Assembly: GCA_963614515.1 (NCBI GenBank)
Contig: CAVEDD010000001.1
Span: forward strand, 1 to 40,283
Direction of reading: 5' to 3'
DNA length: 40,283 bases
Source of the DNA: Treponemataceae bacterium
GTDB taxonomy: Bacteria; Bacteroidota; Bacteroidia; Bacteroidales; UBA932
Position numbers and translations under genes: made by a program. Shown piece by piece: positions 9,863 through 18,627 of the stretch. Each line of letters starts with the position of its first letter. Position 1 is the first letter of the stretch. The notes below the pieces were generated by a model. The model saw only the letters and a program-made list of their open reading frames with translations. It searched no databases and was not told where the DNA came from.

Positions 9863-9874
9863 TGAAAATCCTCC

Positions 9875-12800
9875 TTAGAATTGAATGTCCAAACCGACGA
9901 CCACAGCTCTTGATGGCGCATAGGAATATGACACGCTTCCCGTGAAATTATATTGCGGGTCCATCCCGTCGAGATGGTTGAACATCGCGATGTTGTCGGC
10001 TGTCAGGAAGATTCTCAGCGAGCCGATTTTCACTTTCGACAGCCATTCTTTCGGGAACGTGTAGCCGAGGGTGATGTTCTTGACGGCGAAATAGGACGCG
10101 CTGACCAGAGCCGAGTCGTTGGCCGGAGCGCTTCCTCCGATTTCCACCATCGGGACGTCGGTTATGTCTCCGGGCTTCTGCCATCTGCGGAGGACGTTCC
10201 TGTGCCAGTTGTTCCCGGCGTACTGGACATTCATCGTGCCGGAATACAGTCCGTCATACACCTTTCCTCCGATTGACCAGGTGGTGAGGAACGAGAGGTC
10301 TATATTCCTGAATATCACAAAGTTTGAACCGAGGCTTCCGGACACGGCCGGTTCACGGCTGCCCATATAGTACTTGCTCAGGGAGGCGAGAGACACGTTG
10401 TCGGTGACATATTCTTCGCACCTGACGTTGCTCACCGCCCCGGTCTCGTCGACACCCCTCTTCCAGTAGGCGTAGTATAGACGCTTTCCGGTCGCGGGAT
10501 CGACTCCGGCGGTTTTGGAGAGGTAGAAAGTATATATCGGCCTGCCGACCTCGATGACCGATGTCCCGGCGCTTATGAAGTCCTGCGATGCGGTGAGGCT
10601 CGTGACCTTGTTGCGGTTCAGAGACACCAGAGCGTTGACATCCCATCTGAAATTCGTCCTGTCGAGGACATTGACCCTTCCGGAAAACTCGAAACCCTGA
10701 TTGCGCATCGAACCGACGTTCGCGTCATATCCGGTGAAACCTGTCGAAATCGCGAGCGGACTCTCAAGAAGCATATCCCTGGTGTGGCGGTTGTAATATT
10801 CCGCAGTGAACGAGGCTTTCCCGCCGAAGAGCGACGCTTCGATTCCCGCGTTGAGATTGCCGTTCTTCTCCCAGGTGACCGACTTGTTCTCAAGCTTCGT
10901 CGCGAATGCCCCGGCCTCGCTGCCGTTGGCCCAGGTGTAGTCGTAGAGTCCCTGCCAGGCGTAATATGTGCCGAGATTGTCGTTGCCCTGCACCCCGTAG
11001 GAAACTTTCAGCGTCAGGTTGCCCAGCCAGGACGAGAACTGCTCCATGAACTTCTCCTGAGATATCCTCCAGGACGCTCCCACCGACCAGAAATTTCCCC
11101 AGCGGTCAGTCCTGTAGAATCTTGACGAGCCGTCGGTACGCCAGCTCGCATCGACATAGTAGCGGTCTTTGAAACCGTAGTTCAGCCGCGTGAACCACGA
11201 CTCGATGGCGTAGTTGTTGGAATAGCTGGAGTTGCCCGAGGTCGTGACGGCCGGGTCAAGCTCGTCGATTCCGTCCTGGATGCCGGTCTTCTCCCCGGAG
11301 GCGTAGTTGTACCTGTAACGGTAGTACTCGTGGCCGAGCAGAACTTTCACGTCGTGCTCGGAGAAAGTCCTGTCATAGTTGAGAATCTGATTGAAAGTGT
11401 AGCTGAGCGTCCTCGTGTTGGTCTTGCTGAGTCGGCCTCCCTGACTGGCGGCGTTGCCGTGGTATTTGTCGTTCGTGATTGTCCGCTGGTAATCGTTGAA
11501 GTCAGTCCCCAGATTCACCGTCAGACGGAGCCCGTAGAGCGGAGCGTCCTTGTCGACGGTCCCGAGCGTCAGGTATGACCTCGCTGACAGGGTGTTGCGG
11601 TTGTAGTACGCCCTGTTGTTGTAGAGTTCGGCCTTCGAGTTGAAGCCCTGGGCGGAAGGACGGTTGGCGTAGCCGTTGTCGTCCTCGTCTCCATATTCAT
11701 ACTGACGGTTTCCCGATTCGTCGAGAATGTCGTTTCCTTCCATATCCTTGAGATAGACCGGATAGACCGGAGCCATGAACTGGGCGGTGTACCATACGTT
11801 GGATGTCGATGAACCCGAGAAATTCTGATAATCGGCGTTCGTGTGCGAATAGTTCGCGCTCATCCAGATTTTCATCCACGAATTGGCCTGCGAATCGACA
11901 TTCACCCTTCCAGTGTAGCGGTCGAAGTCGGTGTTCTGAAGGATTCCGTTCTCCTTGTAATAGCCCATCGACACGAGATAGTTGACCTTTTCCGTCGCGC
12001 CGTTCACCGAGAATATGTGTTCGGTGCGCAGGGCCGCGTTGTCGCTGATTTCATCCATCCAGTTCTCGTCCCACGCCGCCACGGCATCCGACTTGACCTT
12101 CCCGGTGGAACGGTCGATGAGCGTATCCCAAGTGTAGTTCTTGTAGGGGTTGTAATATTCCGGATTCTTCAGACCGCCTATTGTCTGCCCGAGGTTGGCC
12201 GCCGCATATTCGCACGCGCCCTCGAAGTCCATCCCGGTGCCGTACTGGGCGCTGTTCCTCAGAGACTCGTAGGTCAGTTCCACGAACTCCTCCATATTCA
12301 CGAGGTCATATCTCTTGAGCGACCTCGACGCGACTCCGGCGCTGCCCTTGTAGCTGACGACCGCCCTGTCCCCGCTGCCTTTCTTCGTAGTGATGACTAT
12401 GACTCCGTTGGCCCCCCTCGCTCCGTACAGAGCACCGGCCGACGCATCCTTGAGGACGGTCAGAGACTCGATATCCGCCGGATTTATGGCGTTGAGTGAA
12501 CCGTCGTAAGGGATTCCGTCCACGACATAAAGCGGAGTGGAGACGGCATTGACCGAACCTATTCCGCGAATCATTATGGATGCCCCCTCGCCGGGCTGTC
12601 CGCCCCCGGAGGTCACCTGAAGACCTGCCACCGTGCCTTCTATCGACTTGGTGACGTTGCCCGTCACCCTTTTCTGAAGTTCATCGCCCTTGACGACGGA
12701 GGCCGAACCGGTGAAACTGCTTTTCTTCGCCGTTCCGTAGGCCACGACCATCACTTCTCCGATTTCGTCCGCAAGAGCCTCCTCCTGAAGCACCACGTCG

Positions 12801-13084
12801 ATGACGGTCTTCCCGCTCACGCTCACCTTCTGAGTTCCGTATCCTATGCTCGAAAAGGTCAGCACCGCATCGGACGGGATTCCGGACAACTCCCAGAGAC
12901 CGTCGGAATCCGTGACAGTTCCCGTGGAAGTCCCCTCGATGAAGACTCCGACCCCGATGAGCGGGATGCCGGCGCCGTCCTTGACCGTACCGCGCACGGA
13001 GATGTTCTGGGCTCCGGCCGTCAGAATGCAGAGTACCGCCAGCACCGCCGAGACGAATGCTCTCTTTATTGTGTTATTCTTCAT
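9875..13084 (-). CDS. susC: SusC/RagA-family TonB-dependent transporter
   Basis: N-terminal extension; plug motifs PLYVVDGIP and INPADIESLTVLKDASAGALYGARGANGVIVITTKKG; 'RTDGSSRF', 'TWEK'; C-terminal Phe. Confidence 0.97.
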   Translation of the reverse strand: MKNNTIKRAFVSAVLAVLCILTAGAQNISVRGTVKDGAGIPLIGVGVFIEGTSTGTVTDSDGLWELSGIPSDAVLTFSSIGYGTQKVSVSGKTVIDVVLQEEALADEIGEVMVVAYGTAKKSSFTGSASVVKGDELQKRVTGNVTKSIEGTVAGLQVTSGGGQPGEGASIMIRGIGSVNAVSTPLYVVDGIPYDGSLNAINPADIESLTVLKDASAGALYGARGANGVIVITTKKGSGDRAVVSYKGSAGVASRSLKRYDLVNMEEFVELTYESLRNSAQYGTGMDFEGACEYAAANLGQTIGGLKNPEYYNPYKNYTWDTLIDRSTGKVKSDAVAAWDENWMDEISDNAALRTEHIFSVNGATEKVNYLVSMGYYKENGILQNTDFDRYTGRVNVDSQANSWMKIWMSANYSHTNADYQNFSGSSTSNVWYTAQFMAPVYPVYLKDMEGNDILDESGNRQYEYGDEDDNGYANRPSAQGFNSKAELYNNRAYYNRNTLSARSYLTLGTVDKDAPLYGLRLTVNLGTDFNDYQRTITNDKYHGNAASQGGRLSKTNTRTLSYTFNQILNYDRTFSEHDVKVLLGHEYYRYRYNYASGEKTGIQDGIDELDPAVTTSGNSSYSNNYAIESWFTRLNYGFKDRYYVDASWRTDGSSRFYRTDRWGNFWSVGASWRISQEKFMEQFSSWLGNLTLKVSYGVQGNDNLGTYYAWQGLYDYTWANGSEAGAFATKLENKSVTWEKNGNLNAGIEASLFGGKASFTAEYYNRHTRDMLLESPLAISTGFTGYDANVGSMRNQGFEFSGRVNVLDRTNFRWDVNALVSLNRNKVTSLTASQDFISAGTSVIEVGRPIYTFYLSKTAGVDPATGKRLYYAYWKRGVDETGAVSNVRCEEYVTDNVSLASLSKYYMGSREPAVSGSLGSNFVIFRNIDLSFLTTWSIGGKVYDGLYSGTMNVQYAGNNWHRNVLRRWQKPGDITDVPMVEIGGSAPANDSALVSASYFAVKNITLGYTFPKEWLSKVKIGSLRIFLTADNIAMFNHLDGMDPQYNFTGSVSYSYAPSRAVVVGLDIQF

Positions 13085-15029
13085 TTCCTGCTTCTAAGAT
13101 GTGCATATTGTGAATGATGGTCCAGAGGTCTTCCGCCACATATCCCTGTGCCGGAACCGCCTCCATCCCGTCGAGTCTCGCCCCGACTTCCTCAGCCGTG
13201 AAATTTCCCGCGAGATTGACCGGATCCGGGACGGCCGCCCCTCTGACGGATGCGGCTGACGCTGTCTTCTCCTGCCCGGCCGCCGTCGTGGTGACGGAGG
13301 CATATCTTGTCAGCCTGTCCCCGGCCATATTCTTCACGGTCGCCAGAACGGTGTATGAGGTTTCAGGCTCGACAGTCATAAGCAATGCGAGACCGTTGCC
13401 GTTGATCGGTTCCAGATATGTTTCCTTCAGCTCCGTCCCCTTGTCCTCGACGAGAGCCGGATACGAAGATGTCGGAATCCCCGCAAGCGACGTCGTCTTT
13501 GCCAGCATAATCTTGCCGGAGGTCACGTCCACGCCCCTGAGGACGCTGGCGATTGTCGTCGAGGTCGGGCCGTATTTTTCGTTGACAAGAGCGGTGAGGG
13601 TGAACCAGGTCCTGGCCTCGTTCGAGACCTTGGTAGTAATCGAGTTGACGGTCAGCTCCTCTTCGCCCGAGGAAGAAGCCGCCAGAGTCGAAATCGTGTA
13701 GGATATCCCCGAACTGCACGGAGTCAGCGAGTTGTAGCCGGCGGCCGAGTTGACCAGAGTCAGATATTCGTCCTTGACGGCATAACTGTAGTCGGGGTCT
13801 TTGAGGAACGCCTTGATTGCCTCTTTGTCGTCAGGGTCGTCGAACAGCTTGTTGAAGGTGGCCGTTGGCAGGAGACGGTAGCGTATGCTCTGGACGTCGC
13901 TTCCTTTCCAGGTCATCCACACCGAGTTGGTCCATCCGTAGCCGGAGAGCGCGACATAGTCGTTGGTGAGGTAGAATCTCTGGCTGAACCATTCCGAGCC
14001 GCCGTAGTTCGGGCCTGACGACCATCCCGTGGATGTCGTGGTGAACCGTGCGGTATAAAGCCCGGTGGTGACGTTCCCGTCATAGTCCATTCCGAAGGCT
14101 ATGATGTCGTAGCTCAACTCCGATGTGAGGCTTGCAATGCTGAAGCTGTTCGTGCCGACCTTGAGCGCGGAGGCCATCGCGAGCCTGAAGCTTATGCCGA
14201 GGCTTTCCGCATATTTGATTATCGCCGTACGGTACTTGTCTATTATGTCGGCCTCGTCATACTTCATCAGAGCGGATGAGGACACGACATCATAATAATA
14301 AGTCACATCCGGAGCAGCGTAGATGCCGAACGCGGCCGCGTCCGCAAGCACGGTTTCCGGTACGACCAGCAATGCGGGCACATCGTCTTCAGATGTCGTG
14401 AAAGCGGTTACGGCCGTCTCCGAAGCCGTGCTGCCCTCCCCGGAAGGGACGGCTCTGACGGAGAAAGTGTAGTCCGTACCTTTTTTAAGGTTCTGGAGCG
14501 TAAGCCTGTTTTCGGATGTGATCCCGCTGACCTCCCCGACGGAGTATTCGTAGCTTCCAGCTCCGGGTATGATGCTCCAGCTGATTATGGTCTTGGACGC
14601 ATATGTGCTTCCTATGGTGATTTCAGGTTTGTCAAGCTGAGTCACGACAGATGTGCGCACGTGGACGTGGGCGTATTCCGACGGCGCGGATGACCCGCCC
14701 TCCGCAGGATTGGCCCTGAGCCTGACGACATACTCCGTCCCGGCATCCAGCCCGCTGAATCCGGCCGACAGATTTCCGGTCGTTTCAGGCTCGCCGTCGT
14801 TGAGAGCGAAGGTATAATCCGCCGCGCCATAGACCTTCCCCCAGTCGATGCGGAATCCGGACACCGTCACCTCGCTGACCTTGACTTCCGGAGTCTTGAG
14901 AATCCGCGCTGCGGTCTCCTCCGCATTTTCCGGACTGCATCCGGTGAAGAGCAGAATGGCCGCGGGGACGGCGGCGAGTATCAGTTTCGAGGCATTCTTC
15001 ATCTTCGTCATTCTTCCCGTCTTTCTCAT
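13074..15029 (-). CDS. Fibronectin type III repeat surface lipoprotein
   Basis: Lipobox FTG-C; Fn3 motifs 'SGLDAGTEYVVRLRA', 'NLKKGTDYTFSVRAV', 'VEPETSYTV'; ATGA overlap with the S8 gene (alternative start 15002); overlaps the susC start by 11 nt. Confidence 0.8.
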   Translation of the reverse strand: MRKTGRMTKMKNASKLILAAVPAAILLFTGCSPENAEETAARILKTPEVKVSEVTVSGFRIDWGKVYGAADYTFALNDGEPETTGNLSAGFSGLDAGTEYVVRLRANPAEGGSSAPSEYAHVHVRTSVVTQLDKPEITIGSTYASKTIISWSIIPGAGSYEYSVGEVSGITSENRLTLQNLKKGTDYTFSVRAVPSGEGSTASETAVTAFTTSEDDVPALLVVPETVLADAAAFGIYAAPDVTYYYDVVSSSALMKYDEADIIDKYRTAIIKYAESLGISFRLAMASALKVGTNSFSIASLTSELSYDIIAFGMDYDGNVTTGLYTARFTTTSTGWSSGPNYGGSEWFSQRFYLTNDYVALSGYGWTNSVWMTWKGSDVQSIRYRLLPTATFNKLFDDPDDKEAIKAFLKDPDYSYAVKDEYLTLVNSAAGYNSLTPCSSGISYTISTLAASSSGEEELTVNSITTKVSNEARTWFTLTALVNEKYGPTSTTIASVLRGVDVTSGKIMLAKTTSLAGIPTSSYPALVEDKGTELKETYLEPINGNGLALLMTVEPETSYTVLATVKNMAGDRLTRYASVTTTAAGQEKTASAASVRGAAVPDPVNLAGNFTAEEVGARLDGMEAVPAQGYVAEDLWTIIHNMHILEAGNEE

Positions 15030-17002
15030 TTCACTGTTACATTGATGATTCTGACGGACTGGTTCCCGTCAGTGATTCTGATTGCGGTTCCGCCGGCCGC
15101 CACGCCGCGGACCGTAAGAATTCCTTCCCTTAGGCTGACTTCCGCAATCCCCGGAACGGTCACCGACCAGACAAGCACGTCGGTTCTGTAGAAATAGTCC
15201 GCGAGATTGACCGACTTCTCCTCTCCGGCGCCGAGCGTGATGTCCGGAATCGGAGCAACTTTCTGAACCGCAAGCAGCAGCTGCCAGGTGTCCAGGGAGC
15301 CGACTCCCATATTTCCGAAATACGGTTCTCCGCAGAACGGGTCGACCGGAGTCACGCTGGACAGCAGAGCCTCCTTCAGCATTCCGCAGGTTAGCCCCTT
15401 CTTCTTTTCCGCGCCGTAGTACAGGCTCACGGCGAGAGCGCAGGCTCCGGACACGTGAGGGCAGGCCATCGATGTCCCGTTGATTCCCGCATAGGATGAA
15501 CTTCCGTCCTCGGCGATGCTTGTACTGTAAACTCCTCCGTATGTGGAGTTGAGCGTAAGGTCGCCGCCCGGTGCGGAGATGCTCACCCATTTGCCGTAGT
15601 TGGTATAGTAGGACGGTGTCCCGAGCCACGATGTGGCGGCCACGCTGACCACATTCTCGTCCGACGCGGGATAGCAGAGTTCGCCGGAAGCGTCGTTCCC
15701 GGCCGCGAAAATCACTATTCCGCCCGCCATCGGGCCTTCCTGCTCACCGTTTTCATCCATTCCGGCATATTTCACGAAATAGCGTATGGCCTCGGCGAGC
15801 GCCGAGTATCCTCCTTTTGTCCAGTCGGTACGGGAGAGCGCTCCCGAAGCGTAGCCCCAGCTGTTCTGGCAGATTACCGCGCCGTTGTCAGCGGCGTACT
15901 TGATTGCGCGCACCTGCGCTCCGAGTCCTCCGCCGGAATTCCCGGATTCGGAAGCTCCCAGAGTTTCGCAGGACATTATCCTGACCCCGTCACCCCTGCC
16001 TGAGCCTCCGGCGATTCCGTTGACTCCGATTCCGTTGTTGTTAACGGCGGCGATTGTGCCGGCGACATGAGTGCCGTGCATATTGTCAGCGGAGAAAGTG
16101 AGTTCCCCCTTATTGTCCGTAAAATTGAAACCGTAGATGTCATCGACATAGCCGTTCCCGTCGTCATCTATTCCGTTCCCGGGAATCTCCTTCGTGTTCA
16201 CCCACATATTGTCCGCAAGATCCTCGTGGTCATATTTCACCCCCTGGTCGATCACGGCCACAATGACATCCGGATTGCCCGTGCAGAGCTGCCACGCGGC
16301 ATAGACATTCGCATCCGCGCCCACGACAGTGGAGTTGGCGTACACGTTCCCCGGATTGTTGTAGTGCCACTGCATCCTCTGCGAACGCAAACTCTCGTTG
16401 AAAGGGAAAGGCAGATTTCTTGCCGACCCGGAGGATTTTACGGCCGGACCGGCAGCGGCGTCCCCGGAGCCGGTCACGGCCGCAGCTTCATCGGCGGCAT
16501 CCGGCATTGAGGCCACCGAATATGAGGCCGCCACCGTCGGGATGGAATATTCCACGACCTCCACGCCGTCGCAGCCGGAGAGCATCTGCGCGACTCCGGA
16601 CACCGGAAGAGTCTCATCGTATTTCACGATGAACCATCTGTCCATACCTTCATCCGCGGTCCGTTTCTCGAAACGGCCGCAGCTCGGGAACAGGCGTTCG
16701 AAGCTGACCGTACCGATGTCCATCAGTATCCTGTCAACCTCGGTGCTGCCCGAAACAGGAACTGGACCCAATTCTGAACCAGGGGTTGAACTCCGGACCG
16801 TCGCCGAAGATTTCGACGGCACACCTCCGGAAGCCTTCATCTTCACGATAATCTCCCCCTGAATCGCCGCGTCCGGTGAGAATACGACAATCGGCCCGTC
16901 GCTTTCCGCTCCGGGTCTGCCGCCGTCATCCCCTCCGATTCTTTCACATCCCGCCGCCGCTGCGAGCAGTGCGACAGGCAACAAGAATCTGTTTCTCATC
17001 AT
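15026..17002 (-). CDS. S8 (subtilisin-like) serine peptidase lipoprotein with N-terminal prodomain
   Basis: Lipobox AAG-C; catalytic triad motifs VAVIDQG, HGTHVAG, GTSMACPHVSG; oxyanion FAAGN; 'DDDGNGYVDDIYGFNF' insert. Confidence 0.95.
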   Translation of the reverse strand: MMRNRFLLPVALLAAAAGCERIGGDDGGRPGAESDGPIVVFSPDAAIQGEIIVKMKASGGVPSKSSATVRSSTPGSELGPVPVSGSTEVDRILMDIGTVSFERLFPSCGRFEKRTADEGMDRWFIVKYDETLPVSGVAQMLSGCDGVEVVEYSIPTVAASYSVASMPDAADEAAAVTGSGDAAAGPAVKSSGSARNLPFPFNESLRSQRMQWHYNNPGNVYANSTVVGADANVYAAWQLCTGNPDVIVAVIDQGVKYDHEDLADNMWVNTKEIPGNGIDDDGNGYVDDIYGFNFTDNKGELTFSADNMHGTHVAGTIAAVNNNGIGVNGIAGGSGRGDGVRIMSCETLGASESGNSGGGLGAQVRAIKYAADNGAVICQNSWGYASGALSRTDWTKGGYSALAEAIRYFVKYAGMDENGEQEGPMAGGIVIFAAGNDASGELCYPASDENVVSVAATSWLGTPSYYTNYGKWVSISAPGGDLTLNSTYGGVYSTSIAEDGSSSYAGINGTSMACPHVSGACALAVSLYYGAEKKKGLTCGMLKEALLSSVTPVDPFCGEPYFGNMGVGSLDTWQLLLAVQKVAPIPDITLGAGEEKSVNLADYFYRTDVLVWSVTVPGIAEVSLREGILTVRGVAAGGTAIRITDGNQSVRIINVTVK

Positions 17003-17015
17003 CTGTTTTTAACGA

Positions 17016-18608
17016 TTATTCCTTCACGCATCTCACCTGACCGGTGTAAACCTGCGCCCTGGTCTGATAATAGGCCCAATTTCCGTTGAACGCGGCCACG
17101 AAATGTTTGCAGCTCTGATTTGATTTCTCCGAATCATACAGGCCTTCCTGACTCGTCAGATAGAAAGTCTGGCCGCTGGAGTAGTTGTATGGGGTCACGT
17201 TCTGCGAGTACGAAGACGGGTAGATGTTCCCCACCATAGGGTAGAAATCTCCGGTCGGTTTCCATACACGGCCGCAGTCCTTTTCCTCATTCCACAGATA
17301 TTTTTCGCTGACTCCGTTCCCGTCATATTCGTTGTGCTTGCCGCCTGTCGTGACACTGTCATTGCCGGCGGACGAGCCCCACATATCCTTGCCCGGCACC
17401 CTGTAGCCCGGAGGACAAGGGTCGAAGATTGTCTTTTCTTCACCCCAGAGACCCGGATTGACGCTGTCTTCATCGCTTGAGTTGACATACCAGTCTCCGC
17501 CGCTCGTGTAATAGCTCGTCAGGAAACGCATCGGGTTGGCCGTCGCGAACGGGATGTTGCCAGGAGCGCCGAACGAAGCCTGGGCCCTGAACTTGGAGTC
17601 TATCTCCCACTCGCCCGTACCGTCGCCGATTTCAAGATTCTGCTTGTTCCATTCAGGGTCGTTGCTGCAATAGTCCTTCGTCTGCTCCGCATCTTCATAG
17701 TCGGTGATTCCGCTGTAGTCCTTGTACGGGGAGCGGGACGGAATGAAAGGGTCTTTGCGTCCCATCTGGTAAATCATTCCACGGTTGTTTATGTCCATCG
17801 GAGTATTGTTGAGAGCTCCGAGGTTGCGGTCCATAATCTGAGCGATCACATCGCCTTCCGGCCCGATGTGGTCGTGAACCGTCACTTCATTGTCCGTCAC
17901 CCATATATGCCAGCTCCAGAGCACCTTTCCCTTGATGTTCTTGACGGCTATGAGGGCGTTCCCCTCGCTTCTGCCCGTGGAGAAGGATATGTATCCGCCA
18001 CCGTAAACGGGCGTCCCGTCTATGATTTCATAGGACATCGTGCGGTCTCCGTCGTTGCGGGCCTCCCAGAGCAGTTCAGCATAGGCGGCGTTCTCCACCG
18101 TGAGACCCTCGTTCTCGATGTATTTCGACCTGCCGTCCCTGCCGCCGTTGCCCTTTATGTCGCAGCGGAATTTGTAAGTCCCGTTTGTCCCGGCGATGTA
18201 GCAGTTCGCGGTTCCGTCCGCGCTGAGGTTTTCAGCGCCGTCGGATCTCTGCGTGATGTTCAGTTCCGCCTCTCTGGTCTCTCCGTCTCTCTCTGCGACA
18301 ATCTTCAGCTTACCGCTTTTTGCAGCGCCGTTGTTGGTCTGCGCCTCCACGACTATGTATTCCCCCTCCTCATCGGTGCCGGCTGTGAACCATCCGTCCG
18401 AAGGCAGGTCAAAGCTCCACTTCTCCGCATTGGTCGCGACCGTGACAAGAGCCTTTCCTCCATCGTTGTCAAATACGATTCTGGAATCCGACAGCTGGAG
18501 AAAGAGCGGAGCCTGATATTCCTCCGGATCGACTTTAACCGTGTCGGTGCAGCCGGCGGCGATACCCGCCACCGCTATTATCGGTATTATTATATGTCTG
18601 AATTTCAT
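17016..18608 (-). CDS. BACON-domain lipoprotein with C-terminal Fib_succ_major/CLec-like domain
   Basis: Start reassigned to MKFRH (18608), giving lipobox AAG-C; motifs TANCYI, LWSWHIWVT, MDRNLGA, YQMGRKDPF, DPCPPGYRVP, terminal VRCVKE. Confidence 0.8.
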   Translation of the reverse strand: MKFRHIIIPIIAVAGIAAGCTDTVKVDPEEYQAPLFLQLSDSRIVFDNDGGKALVTVATNAEKWSFDLPSDGWFTAGTDEEGEYIVVEAQTNNGAAKSGKLKIVAERDGETREAELNITQRSDGAENLSADGTANCYIAGTNGTYKFRCDIKGNGGRDGRSKYIENEGLTVENAAYAELLWEARNDGDRTMSYEIIDGTPVYGGGYISFSTGRSEGNALIAVKNIKGKVLWSWHIWVTDNEVTVHDHIGPEGDVIAQIMDRNLGALNNTPMDINNRGMIYQMGRKDPFIPSRSPYKDYSGITDYEDAEQTKDYCSNDPEWNKQNLEIGDGTGEWEIDSKFRAQASFGAPGNIPFATANPMRFLTSYYTSGGDWYVNSSDEDSVNPGLWGEEKTIFDPCPPGYRVPGKDMWGSSAGNDSVTTGGKHNEYDGNGVSEKYLWNEEKDCGRVWKPTGDFYPMVGNIYPSSYSQNVTPYNYSSGQTFYLTSQEGLYDSEKSNQSCKHFVAAFNGNWAYYQTRAQVYTGQVRCVKE

Positions 18609-18627
18609 ATTCTTTGCATTTTGAAGA

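Noticed and set aside
17016..17170. Complete diversity-generating retroelement
   Set aside because: No reverse transcriptase, and no template repeat seen in the window
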